Of a stretch of DNA of 54,049 bases, positions 26,275 to 36,038 are shown piece by piece. The notes under the pieces are model-generated. The model did no database searches and was not told the origin of the DNA. It was given only the letters and a program-made list of their open reading frames with translations. Within the stretch, counting starts at the first letter, position 1. Each line of letters opens with the position of its first letter. The DNA comes from a virus (taxonomy: Duplodnaviria; Caudoviricetes). Location: the IMG/VR virus record IMGVR_UViG_3300010048_000014, positions 1 to 54,049 of that record. One strand, 5' to 3'. The translations under genes were made by a program, and so were the position numbers.

Positions 26275-26772
26275 TCACTCCCATACCAGAGAGAACTGCC
26301 ACACTGACGCCTGCGCCAGCGTCCAGCTTGCAGTTCGAAACGTCGCCACTACTGTATAAATATCATTGGCGGTCGGTTGCTGGGTTAGGGTAACTTTATT
26401 TTCAACGATGATATCCGCTGTAGTCCACGTCTGAGAAATTGTTGGACTGCCCGCTTCAGTTGTGAATGTAGCGTTAGCGATGTTCGACCCGGCGGGTGTT
26501 CGACCATCAATAATGTCAAGCTTTGCAACACCACTCGTCGCGTTAGCCCACGCCAATACTCGACATTTGAGCGTACCGGTAGGAATAACTTCTGGCATGT
26601 TGAACTGCAAAACCGCAGAGGCATCTCCGGTCAGAGACGCGATCACGCCGATGCCCTCAATAGTACTATTGACTGTCGTTGTACCCGCGCCCGACGTATA
26701 GAAAGTTGGCGACAAAAGTCCGGATGCGCCGCCGACATAAACCGATGATGGAAGGATCGGGCCGCCAGCCAT
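26275..26772 (-). CDS. Hypothetical beta-rich virion-type protein
   Basis: Thr/Ala/Val-rich; abutting genes. Confidence 0.75.
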   Translation of the reverse strand: MAGGPILPSSVYVGGASGLLSPTFYTSGAGTTTVNSTIEGIGVIASLTGDASAVLQFNMPEVIPTGTLKCRVLAWANATSGVAKLDIIDGRTPAGSNIANATFTTEAGSPTISQTWTTADIIVENKVTLTQQPTANDIYTVVATFRTASWTLAQASVWQFSLVWE

Positions 26773-29067
26773 TTATGCCACCTTTGCTAGCGACAACCTC
26801 TGTACTGCATCAGCGACATCAGAAACCACTTCATACCATACGTGCGGCTCATTAAACCGATGCTGCCGGAACAGCCGGGCCGAAGGATACCACGGGCTAG
26901 CTTCGTTCCAAGCGAACCCCTGATGCCAGCACATGAAGTGAAAACTAGCGCCGTCGCGCTGTGCCATAATCCATACCGGCTTGCCCATAGCTCCTGCCAG
27001 ATGAGCAACCGCAGTGTCTACCGTGATTACCAAATCGAGGTTGGCGATCAGCGCTGCCGTATCGTCAAACGAAGGATTTGCAGGCAGCAGGTCCGCCACT
27101 AATGGGCTGGGGCGGAACAACTGCTTTCGCTCTGGCCCGGTCTGAAGGCTGACCATACAAGCGTGCATCGTGCCCAACTGCACCACAATCGGCGCGATCT
27201 GGTCGTAGTGCATGGATTTGCGCTTGCCGTACTCCATCAACCAAATGCCGTATTCCCGAATACCGGACGACCAGCACAGCCCCACCTTTAAGTTACGTTT
27301 TGGCAGCATCCGGCCATACCAATCCGTCAACTCCGGATCAGGCTTTAGGTACGGACCCTCCCACGGGACAGTGTCGATATCCGTCCCCAGCAGATGCGGG
27401 ATCGTTCCAATCGGGATGTGATAATCGAAATTCTTAATCCCAACTGCGCCGGGGTAATCAGCGGCGCGCTTGACGACCTCGACATCGGGGAAGCTGCGCT
27501 GCATCAGCGACATCAGGGCTTCATGAGTTTCGTATCGGACTTGATAGCCGCGCCTGACAAACTCACTCAGAAATCGCGCATAGCAAATGTTATCGCCCGC
27601 TCCCGCTTCGGCATGGATATGCAACAAAGCAGGCGGAGGTTCGTGATCCCATAGCGGACGGGTAAAGCGCTGGAAGCAGATTGACAGCGCCGGGTTGTTA
27701 GTCTCCTGCCGCCGCCATTCATGCTCCGTCCAGCCTTCCTTGTAGCGGCCAAGCGCATGCAGCGAGAGCGACTTGTTCCAATGCGCAGTTGCCTGATTAT
27801 TGCATCCGGCTTCCAACGCCTGATCGAACAGGCCGATTGCCTTCTCATGCTCTCCGGTACGGTTGGCAATCATTGCAAGAACATGCAGCCCGTCCGCCCT
27901 GCGGTCGGTTTGCAGTACCTTGGCCGCAAGCTTCCGCACCAAGTCGTAATCGGCCATATCCAGCGCAATCACACAGCGGTCCAGCATGGCGTGCGGATCG
28001 CCGGGAGCTAGCTCCATTTCCTTATCGTAAGCCTTCGCCGCCTTTGCCGGGTCGCACATCGACACGGCGATATCGCCCAAGATGCGCCATGCATTGTGAT
28101 TGTCCGGTTCGATCTCGATGCAGCGCTCGCACTCTTGTTCGGCAAGCTGCCAGTTCAATTGCGGGCGATACGCTTTGGTGACCAGTTCCAGGCGGTAATC
28201 AACCGCCCTGGGATCGGACATGATGGCGTCACGATACCAATCCGCCGCCGTCCCGTATTGTCCGACAGACGCGGCCAATCGTGCATAAAACGCGCACGCC
28301 TCGCCTCTAGCTACACGATCCACCCCGCTCTTGGGCGGTCGCGTCTTATGGATAACTGCCCGATAGCAGGCTTCCGCTTCAGCGGTCAGGCTGGCTTCGA
28401 CGTGCTTTCTGGCGCGGCCGATTAGCTGGTCAACATCCTCGTCCACTGTTCTCGCAGCAGAACCGTTCATTCTTGTCCAGCCGGTCTGCCACGCATTGAA
28501 CAGGCAGTCCGCACCAACCGCTCTGGCATGGGCCGCCACGAACATCCCCTTACCGGAGAACTCTACGACCGGGATAACACCTTTGGTGAACGTGCTTGGC
28601 GTGTCGTCACAGGCAACCAGCGTGTCGGCGCGCAATACCGGGCGAATGGCAAAGAACTCGTTGGCGCAATGCAGGGCCGTCCAGAACGGGTCCTGCTCCA
28701 TGACGTCTAGGCTATCAAGGTAGACCAGATCGGGACTTATATCGGCGTCGGCTAATTGCTTCAGCCGGGTGACGCTGTCTCCAGTATGTACATCGGTCTG
28801 TCCACTAACCAACCGCCGCGCGACGCTGGTATGTTCCGGGTCGATATCGACAGAGTAAACCTTGCCGCCCCGGTCCTGTACGTAATGGTCGAACAACAGC
28901 GTGCTTTGACCGTCACCGGCAAAATTGCCCTCCAGACGCAAACAGCCGGTCTCAACAATCGTGACCGGCCGTTTTAGCGTATCCAGATACTCGAATATCT
29001 GGGTGAAGGTGACTGCCCGGTTTTTTAATGTTGGTTTGACCTTATTAAACTCATCCCAGAAGCTCAT
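26773..29067 (-). CDS. Fusion: class I SAM methyltransferase, TPR repeats and GT-B (GT9-like) glycosyltransferase
   Basis: IVETG, YSVDID, GDS, DLVYLDS; TPR helices; EAGAGDNI, FDDTAALIANLDLVITVDTAVAHLAGAMGKP, SPWYPSARLFRQ. Confidence 0.88.
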   Translation of the reverse strand: MSFWDEFNKVKPTLKNRAVTFTQIFEYLDTLKRPVTIVETGCLRLEGNFAGDGQSTLLFDHYVQDRGGKVYSVDIDPEHTSVARRLVSGQTDVHTGDSVTRLKQLADADISPDLVYLDSLDVMEQDPFWTALHCANEFFAIRPVLRADTLVACDDTPSTFTKGVIPVVEFSGKGMFVAAHARAVGADCLFNAWQTGWTRMNGSAARTVDEDVDQLIGRARKHVEASLTAEAEACYRAVIHKTRPPKSGVDRVARGEACAFYARLAASVGQYGTAADWYRDAIMSDPRAVDYRLELVTKAYRPQLNWQLAEQECERCIEIEPDNHNAWRILGDIAVSMCDPAKAAKAYDKEMELAPGDPHAMLDRCVIALDMADYDLVRKLAAKVLQTDRRADGLHVLAMIANRTGEHEKAIGLFDQALEAGCNNQATAHWNKSLSLHALGRYKEGWTEHEWRRQETNNPALSICFQRFTRPLWDHEPPPALLHIHAEAGAGDNICYARFLSEFVRRGYQVRYETHEALMSLMQRSFPDVEVVKRAADYPGAVGIKNFDYHIPIGTIPHLLGTDIDTVPWEGPYLKPDPELTDWYGRMLPKRNLKVGLCWSSGIREYGIWLMEYGKRKSMHYDQIAPIVVQLGTMHACMVSLQTGPERKQLFRPSPLVADLLPANPSFDDTAALIANLDLVITVDTAVAHLAGAMGKPVWIMAQRDGASFHFMCWHQGFAWNEASPWYPSARLFRQHRFNEPHVWYEVVSDVADAVQRLSLAKVA

Positions 29068-29564
29068 AACGTCCCGCCCTCAAGCACCCCTTCATCACGT
29101 TTTTTGAACTCCGAAAGGATCAGGCCGGGATCGGATAGAGAAGCCGGATCAACAATACCCTGCTCCCGTAGCCGCTTCTTTATTTCCTTTTCCTTGGGAT
29201 GGTCCCAACTCTTATCAGCAATGTAGCCGTCGTCGTAATAACGGACCTTACCCAAGCCAGCACAATGGCCGCAGGCGGGCCGCAGCTCGACCATGTGGCA
29301 TCCAACGCCCTTACAATCGGGGCACGGGCCATACTTCCAGTTCTGCCACGGAGCGCCGGTCTTATAGGTTACCTGTTCGTGATTGTTACCTTCAGCGTAT
29401 CGATTGCAGCCGAAGTCGCACACGGTATCCAAATTCAATTGCTCACAATGACCGTACCCAGACGGAGCCAGGAAAGTATTAATAACGGAATTATCGTCGT
29501 AGCTGTTAACCCGGCTAGTAATCCAAAAGCGGCAGGCCGCGCATTGCATCAGTAACATCTCCAA
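29064..29564 (-). CDS. Cys-rich putative Zn-binding protein
   Basis: CAAC, CPDCKGVG, CGHCAGLG motifs; start may be 29549. Confidence 0.7.
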   Translation of the reverse strand: MEMLLMQCAACRFWITSRVNSYDDNSVINTFLAPSGYGHCEQLNLDTVCDFGCNRYAEGNNHEQVTYKTGAPWQNWKYGPCPDCKGVGCHMVELRPACGHCAGLGKVRYYDDGYIADKSWDHPKEKEIKKRLREQGIVDPASLSDPGLILSEFKKRDEGVLEGGTL

Positions 29565-29881
29565 CTGGCGCGAATAAGCTTGGCCTCAAGGTAAGCGCGC
29601 TCCTGATATTCACACTGCTTTTCCCACGGCATGCAAGGCTTTCTTGCGCAGTGCAGGCAAATCAAGTGCATGCAGCCCCGGCAAATGTCGGTGTTCTCCC
29701 GCATTTCCTTGCCGTTCTTGGCGTAGGTAATGCGCTGGCAGTGCTTACAAGTCGAGGTGTAAAACGCCCGGTAGCCTAGCTCGTCATAAATTTCGGCGAT
29801 GCCGCCGGGCTTAAGACGTGGGCCTTTGGGTATGCTGCGGACATCGGGCAAGCTGGCCCGCAATATATCCTTCCGCAGCAT
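29549..29881 (-). CDS. Cys-rich putative Zn-finger protein
   Basis: CKHC...CRGC...CLHC...C. Confidence 0.7.
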   Translation of the reverse strand: MLRKDILRASLPDVRSIPKGPRLKPGGIAEIYDELGYRAFYTSTCKHCQRITYAKNGKEMRENTDICRGCMHLICLHCARKPCMPWEKQCEYQERAYLEAKLIRASWRCY

Positions 29882-29886
29882 TGATC

Positions 29887-30375
29887 TTATCTTTCAACAA
29901 AAGAAATATTGCCGACCGCAGACGAGGCAAACGAGGTCGAGAGCACTCGTATACCGATCCCGGTGCCAGCAGTCGCGGCAATAAGGATGTTGTCGCCATC
30001 GTCCAGGGCTCGCCAGCGGTAAGAACCGCGCTGGTTGATTCCCCAGTTCTTGATGGAAAGTCCGAAGTTGACGCCAGTGAAGGTCAGTTCGGTCGTGATA
30101 TTGTTGAAGTAAAGCGAGAGCGGACTGACATCGGCAGGATCAAGCAAGTTCGGCACCACTGCCGATCCAGCGAGAGCGTTAGTGGCGGAAAACCGAGACA
30201 CGTCCCATTGGCATTGGCAATCTGACGATGACAGACCACCAGTCTGCCCCATCTCGATCTCGTACACCATGATCCGGCGGGCGGTGTTCGCCGCCGTATT
30301 GCAGTACAAGATGCCTGTTGATTTGTAAGTCGTCGCAACCGTGCTTTGCAGTAACGGCGCTTCATAGTTTGCCAT
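29887..30375 (-). CDS. Hypothetical beta-rich virion-type protein
   Basis: 162 aa ORF in late operon. Confidence 0.75.
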   Translation of the reverse strand: MANYEAPLLQSTVATTYKSTGILYCNTAANTARRIMVYEIEMGQTGGLSSSDCQCQWDVSRFSATNALAGSAVVPNLLDPADVSPLSLYFNNITTELTFTGVNFGLSIKNWGINQRGSYRWRALDDGDNILIAATAGTGIGIRVLSTSFASSAVGNISFVER

Positions 30376-30564
30376 CTAAGCTCTCCTACTTCTCCTGCGG
30401 CTGCGCCGCCCTCTCTTCACAACGGCATTGGCGGCCCGGATCGCACTGCCTTCGGACGCGCCCCTTTTTAGCATACTGTTAGCGACATGCGACCATTGCC
30501 GCTTGGATTTAGCCGACCCCGCCTTGCGGGTATGCCGTTTAGCGTCTGATGCGGACCATGGCAT
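30376..30564 (-). CDS. Small basic protein, ChaB-like (tentative), with Arg-rich tail
   Basis: KRQWSHVANSML..G.SEGSAIRAANAVVK; start reassigned to ATG 30564. Confidence 0.6.
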   Translation of the reverse strand: MPWSASDAKRHTRKAGSAKSKRQWSHVANSMLKRGASEGSAIRAANAVVKRGRRSRRRSRRA

Positions 30565-30854
30565 CAAAGCTTCCGAACGATAACCGATGCCGCCAGCACG
30601 AACAGCGCGTAGATCGACAGCCCGACAAGCTGGAGGATCGACGGGCTGGGCATGACCGACCACCACAGGGCGAACGCTGAAGCTGTGGCGAGCAATACAA
30701 AAGCGCTTTGCAGAGCGATGATCGCGCGCTTGGACAAGGCCCCAAGGCCAAGCATCAGCGCCTGCATCCCGGCGGCCTCAAGCGCCTGATCAGTCCTCGA
30801 CGGCCTCTTCGGCTCGTCCTCGTCGCTTATGATCCGGAACGGCTCGCCTGCCAT
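30564..30854 (-). CDS. Two-TM membrane protein
   Basis: Two hydrophobic segments in C-terminal half. Confidence 0.7.
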   Translation of the reverse strand: MAGEPFRIISDEDEPKRPSRTDQALEAAGMQALMLGLGALSKRAIIALQSAFVLLATASAFALWWSVMPSPSILQLVGLSIYALFVLAASVIVRKL

Positions 30855-31077
30855 TGCCTTCCTCTGCGCTGCGCACTGCGTTTTGCAGGTGACTGATGGT
30901 TATTTCGTCGGTTTCGTCAGCAGTCGCATGAACTTTATGCTTCTTCAACGCGGTATAGTACGGAGCCAAAACCCGTAAAGCTTCCATCTGTTCGCGCAAG
31001 TTCTTTGCGGATTTTGCCGCTTTTTCAGCAATCACCAATACCAGTTTCTCGATGGCTATAGCCGCGTCCTGCCTCAT
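30790..31077 (-). CDS. Hypothetical protein
   Basis: Follows ejection protein in operon. Confidence 0.65.
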   Translation of the reverse strand: MRQDAAIAIEKLVLVIAEKAAKSAKNLREQMEALRVLAPYYTALKKHKVHATADETDEITISHLQNAVRSAEEGNGRRAVPDHKRRGRAEEAVED

Positions 31078-31078
31078 T

Positions 31079-34000
31079 CTATTGCTGCCCTTGCAATTGC
31101 TGTCCTTTTAACACCCCTACCGCCCCGCCCGTCATTACACCAGCCTTAAGACGCGATTGTAGCGTCCGCTTTGCCATTTCCCGCTCTGCGCCACCCTTAG
31201 CAAGCTCGCCCGCAAGCCAATTGATAAAATTCGGATGGGACACGCCGTCCATGATGGTCTTGAAGAATTTACCAAGTACAAAACGCCCTACGGCTTCGGA
31301 GCCGGGAACGAACGTCATCCATCGGGTCGCACCTGATCTTATTAGCGGAATATGACCGAACGGATTTAACACACGGGATGCAGCCGCAAGCGATCCACCG
31401 ATATCGCCCTTAACACCGCCGAACAAAAACTCTACATCCTTTACCAATTGCAGCATCGTCTTCCGAGTAACGCCAGGAAACATGATCGCTTGCACTTCCT
31501 CTGGGATGCCCCTACGCCCTTCCCGCTCTCCTGCGCCGCCGATCTCTGTTCGCAAATGGCCAATCTTTTCCCATGGACGCTGGAATAGACGCTGAACATA
31601 GACTTGTCGCAGCGCATCCATTTCTTTCGACTTGATGCCGAAACGATTTGCAGCCGAAACGATAAGGTCCGGGTCTGATAAAATCTTGTTGGCGGCTCGA
31701 ATAGGCAATGCCGTCATGCTTTTCTCATACAGAAAGTGCAGCGGCTCCTGCCGTCGCGCTTGCCGCATTGCTTTCACTTGATTGTTAAAGTCCTTGTCAA
31801 CACGCGATACTCCTTCCGCTAGCGCTTTTAACGGATCGGTGTCCGCCATCGTCTTGATCTGCGCTGCCATTAATTCGGCACGGTCAATCAGAGACTGTAA
31901 AGTATCGTTGTTCCCCTGCTTAAGTGTGATGTTGCCATCTAATTGCTCAATATTGCGCGCTGCCCGCATAAGGCGATCAGCAAAGTCTCTGCTGTAGCCG
32001 CGTTCCAGAGTGCCATCTTGAAACATGCCAAGAATACTGCGGGCAAAGCCTTTTGTATCGACTTCGTTGAGCAAGTTCAGGTTTTTCTGAATGATCCCTT
32101 GTGTGTGCGCAGCCTGGACGTATCGCCACAACGTCGGTCCTACAATTTCCCTTGCTCGTCCCATTGCCTCGCTGCGCGCCGGATCAAACAAGACATCAGC
32201 AAGCATTTTTGGGTCAGGCGGAACACCATCTTGCAATCCCTTCATCACCGTCCTGACGATACTGTCGTTCAGGAACGGAATATTCTCCCGATAAAATGTA
32301 TCGGCTATATCCAATAGGCGAGACGCATCTGCCAATCGCGGGTCCAAACTAACGTCCCGCAGAGCTTCATCAATCCGCCTTGCAAATAATTTGACCGATC
32401 CTGCACGCATGTTAGGCGTTAAATCGGCGTAATCGATGCCACTACGTAGCCACGAACGAAGTTGCCGTAATTGCTTGAAGGTCAAATCAGCCGAGGGCAC
32501 CGCAGGAACCGCCTTAGCGGTTGCGGTCGCTTCTTGGGCTTCCCGCCCCGCCAGTTTCTCCAACAACGTCACTTCCGGATATTTAGACCGCAAGATTTGC
32601 GGCATTTCCGCAAGGAAGTCTGACGCCCCACCGCCCAGCCTCTCGCCAACCCCGGCGATTGCAGTTGCGCCACCAGCGCTATCGGAGGTGTCATACAGAA
32701 CGCTAGCCCGCTGCCTGACCCCGGCCCCCCATGATCGAAATCTGCGACCAACCATGCGCCACAGCGTACCGGCGCGTCCGCCCTGCTCTGCCTGCTGGGC
32801 CGCAACCTCAACATCGTTGCGAATATCATCGATACCGGCGCGCACTAATCCTCTTGCTTCACCGGCCGCCAATTCTTGCGCGCGAACTAACCGCTGTCGT
32901 GCCGCTTGCTGTTGGGCAAGAAACGCTTCCTCGCCACCCGCTTCAACCACAGGACGACGGACCTCGCTTGTTGCGGCGCGACGCGCCTGATCCAGCAAAG
33001 CGTCTGCCGCCGCCATACGCTCTTGAAAACTCGACAGTGCTAGTTCTCCAGCTCGTTTGGACGACACACTCTTTGTTGCCGCAGTTAAGTTTTCGTCCAA
33101 TTTCACACCGATTTCCGGGTCTTCAACCAATTCCTTGCCGCCCTTCTCATAAAAATCTCTAGCGGCCTCAGCGAAACGATTACGTCCTTGGAATACTTGA
33201 TCAAACTCCTCGATCTTCTTCAGCATCGGTGCTTCAGGAGCAAGAATAGAAGGACCGACAATACCACCGCCAAAACGCTCCGTTATGCTCTGGGCTTGCT
33301 CCATTGTCTCCGGAGTAGTGCCAAAAAAGTAGCGCACCTGTTCCGGCGTGATCCCGAAGCTTTCTAAAATTTCGTGCAAACCTTGACCGGCCCCTTTTAG
33401 TTTTTTCCCGGCGGCTCTCGATTTCAAGTACAGATCAGCCACCCCGCTGCCAACCTTAGCGCCAACATAACCTGCGGTTTCACCGCCCCCGGTCCAGGCC
33501 GCTTCCGTTGCCATGCTGCCAATTTGTGCGCCCAGTCCTTGATGAATACCGGCAAGCGCTAGCACGGCATTGTTGAATTGCCGTCCTGCCGCCGCACCCA
33601 ACATGCCGCCGCCAGCAACGCCTGCGGGGCCGAGTTCCGCGCCCGCAACACCACCCGCCATCATGCCGCCCAGTGGCGCAGCCTCTGCCGCAATATGCCC
33701 AACTAGTTCGCCAGCCCCCCTCTCAGCACCGGGGCGGCGCAGCGTCCCATCATCATCGACATACAATCCCCCGGCATCTTCCTTGACCTGTCCAGGGTAG
33801 AATTTCTCCAGAACCTCTCGCTGCGCTTCTGGAGTGACCGCCATTTCATGCAGCGTTTCCGCCGTAAACCCTATCCCCTCGTAACGCGGCTTGGTGCGCG
33901 GGATTTTGTCGGGGCCGACATAAAGCGCACCCTCTGGGACGGAAGCGTAATCCTCGTCCCCTGTCACTTCATATGGTTTAGTTCTAGTTTTACCCTCTGG

Positions 34001-34141
34001 ATCGCGAAACTTCGTGCCGGGGTCAAGCGAACGGTAGCCTTCGTCGTCTTTAATTTGAGGAAGCAATGCGGAAGGCTGAAAGACCGCGCCCTCCGCAACT
34101 TCCGGCATATCGTCATTAAGGAGTTCCGGTCGGGACGCCAC
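31079..34141 (-). CDS. Large internal virion / DNA ejection protein
   Basis: 1020 aa, helical, Gly/Ala hydrophobic stretch; third of three genes after nozzle; duplicated N-terminal motif ending RTKP. Confidence 0.7.
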   Translation of the reverse strand: MASRPELLNDDMPEVAEGAVFQPSALLPQIKDDEGYRSLDPGTKFRDPEGKTRTKPYEVTGDEDYASVPEGALYVGPDKIPRTKPRYEGIGFTAETLHEMAVTPEAQREVLEKFYPGQVKEDAGGLYVDDDGTLRRPGAERGAGELVGHIAAEAAPLGGMMAGGVAGAELGPAGVAGGGMLGAAAGRQFNNAVLALAGIHQGLGAQIGSMATEAAWTGGGETAGYVGAKVGSGVADLYLKSRAAGKKLKGAGQGLHEILESFGITPEQVRYFFGTTPETMEQAQSITERFGGGIVGPSILAPEAPMLKKIEEFDQVFQGRNRFAEAARDFYEKGGKELVEDPEIGVKLDENLTAATKSVSSKRAGELALSSFQERMAAADALLDQARRAATSEVRRPVVEAGGEEAFLAQQQAARQRLVRAQELAAGEARGLVRAGIDDIRNDVEVAAQQAEQGGRAGTLWRMVGRRFRSWGAGVRQRASVLYDTSDSAGGATAIAGVGERLGGGASDFLAEMPQILRSKYPEVTLLEKLAGREAQEATATAKAVPAVPSADLTFKQLRQLRSWLRSGIDYADLTPNMRAGSVKLFARRIDEALRDVSLDPRLADASRLLDIADTFYRENIPFLNDSIVRTVMKGLQDGVPPDPKMLADVLFDPARSEAMGRAREIVGPTLWRYVQAAHTQGIIQKNLNLLNEVDTKGFARSILGMFQDGTLERGYSRDFADRLMRAARNIEQLDGNITLKQGNNDTLQSLIDRAELMAAQIKTMADTDPLKALAEGVSRVDKDFNNQVKAMRQARRQEPLHFLYEKSMTALPIRAANKILSDPDLIVSAANRFGIKSKEMDALRQVYVQRLFQRPWEKIGHLRTEIGGAGEREGRRGIPEEVQAIMFPGVTRKTMLQLVKDVEFLFGGVKGDIGGSLAAASRVLNPFGHIPLIRSGATRWMTFVPGSEAVGRFVLGKFFKTIMDGVSHPNFINWLAGELAKGGAEREMAKRTLQSRLKAGVMTGGAVGVLKGQQLQGQQ

Positions 34142-36035
34142 GGGTCCACTCCGGTTTGCTATCTGGTTGTTCCGTCTTGTCTGCTGGCTTATCCGGTTCG
34201 AACGGCTTGCCCATAATTATATCTTCCAAATTACTCTTCATTCGCGACAGTTGTGAGCGCAAGTCTTCCATGTTGCGCAAGACATTGGGTCTAGTGTCAC
34301 CCGGCCCCAGTCCGCCAACGACCTTATTAACATGCTCATGTTCACTTGCCATTGGGCGGGCCGTACTTTCAGTAATGAGCCGGGGTGCAATCATCTGGAG
34401 TTCGTTAAGCAGTCGTTCCAACTCCCTTCTGTCGCTCTCTTTTGACCCGGACAAAACATTGGACATGCTTTCCGCTGCTCTTGTTGCGTATCCAGCAACG
34501 CCAACAGAACCAACATGCTTCTTAATGAGAGCAACGATCTTATCGATTGTTTCTATTCCGGTTGTATAACGATCAGTAGCCACTCTAAGTTCTGCGGACT
34601 TGTTGGCAGTAAGTTGCGTCTTAGCAAATTTTTGAAGTTCCTCCCATACTCTATCGTGACGCTCCTTTTCGGCTTCTGCCGTAATTTCTTTCGCCAACCT
34701 GCCAGCTTTAATGTCATCATCAATCTGTTTATGTTTCTCGTTCTCCTGTGCCTTTGCCTCTTCAAGGGTCATCTTCCTACTGGCAAGGTTCTCCATAAAT
34801 TGCTTGTGTTCCTCGTCCTTCTGCGCCTTCCATTCTGCAAGGTTCAATCTTTTCGCTTCAAGCGGCTTATAAGGGGTCAGCACTTCACTGACATGGGCGT
34901 CGTGCGTCACCTGTCGCCGCTTCTCAAAATCCTCATCGCTTTCATCGTCCTTCTTCGGATTGGCTGCAAGATATGCAGCATCTCTCCTTGCAATCTCTGC
35001 TGTTTGCTGTGCAGTCAGTGTCTGCCCGTAGCGACCGGCATTCTTAGCTAGGTTCAGTTTTTCCAAAGCGGCGGTATATGCGGCAAACCAATTTCCCTTG
35101 TTTAACGGTAATTGCCGCTGTACCTCATCAAACAACGCCTTGTTCTCAAGATGCGCCTGATAATTATTTTCGATTTGGCCGCGTAATTTCTCCAAGCTCT
35201 CGTAAGACTTGATAACATCTTCATCCATCCCGGCTTCCAAAAGCGCTTTCTTGCGCCTGTCGCCGTACTGATCCATTTTCAGCGCCAGTTCCTCCTTCCA
35301 GCGCGTGTAATTACTAGAACGAAGCTTATCGACATTATTGAACATGTCTTCTTCGGTTCTCATTCGCTTGAGAACCAATTCAGTGTTTTGTTTCCAAGCA
35401 TCAAATGCCTTGTCATAGCCATCAAGATCGCCCTGATTGATGGCGTTCATTGCCGCCGCACCGCCGTTTAGCGCAGACACCATCGGCATTGCCGTAAACG
35501 CGCTGCCAAGCATGGCAATAAGGAACCCCGGCGAGCCAAACTCCTCCCATAAGTCATGCTTACGAGCCGCCATCTCCCGTTCAGGGTTCCACGGGTGCAT
35601 GTCATCCAGGCCGTGACCGATTGCAGAATTTAAGCGTTCCATCCTCGCTTCAAATTCGCGATCTCTGCGCTCCAGCTGTCGTTGCGCTGCCGCGCGTGCG
35701 CCAATCTGTTCGTCAAGGATGGTCATACCCTGCTGACGAAAAGTTTCAGCCTGTTGCGGTGTCATACCGGGTGGCATAAACGGAAGAGTAAGCTCGGTAG
35801 CAACACTTTGGTCGCCAGCATCCGTCGTTGCTACGGGCAGGTTCCCGTAACTCCCTCCCGGTACATCAGGAACATCCGGAGTTAACGAAGCCGCAATGCT
35901 TGGCACCGGACTAAGCCTTGGATCGGGAACGTTGGGATCGCGGTATGAGGTCGTGACTTCCGGAGACGCATCATCCCCGGCAATAGGCGGCGGATTGGGG
36001 TCTACTTTGGTAACGTCACCAGTTTCTAGGGCCAT
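34116..36035 (-). CDS. Internal virion / DNA ejection protein
   Basis: 639 aa, coiled-coil with one hydrophobic segment; position. Confidence 0.65.
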   Translation of the reverse strand: MALETGDVTKVDPNPPPIAGDDASPEVTTSYRDPNVPDPRLSPVPSIAASLTPDVPDVPGGSYGNLPVATTDAGDQSVATELTLPFMPPGMTPQQAETFRQQGMTILDEQIGARAAAQRQLERRDREFEARMERLNSAIGHGLDDMHPWNPEREMAARKHDLWEEFGSPGFLIAMLGSAFTAMPMVSALNGGAAAMNAINQGDLDGYDKAFDAWKQNTELVLKRMRTEEDMFNNVDKLRSSNYTRWKEELALKMDQYGDRRKKALLEAGMDEDVIKSYESLEKLRGQIENNYQAHLENKALFDEVQRQLPLNKGNWFAAYTAALEKLNLAKNAGRYGQTLTAQQTAEIARRDAAYLAANPKKDDESDEDFEKRRQVTHDAHVSEVLTPYKPLEAKRLNLAEWKAQKDEEHKQFMENLASRKMTLEEAKAQENEKHKQIDDDIKAGRLAKEITAEAEKERHDRVWEELQKFAKTQLTANKSAELRVATDRYTTGIETIDKIVALIKKHVGSVGVAGYATRAAESMSNVLSGSKESDRRELERLLNELQMIAPRLITESTARPMASEHEHVNKVVGGLGPGDTRPNVLRNMEDLRSQLSRMKSNLEDIIMGKPFEPDKPADKTEQPDSKPEWTRGVPTGTP

Positions 36036-36038
36036 GGC

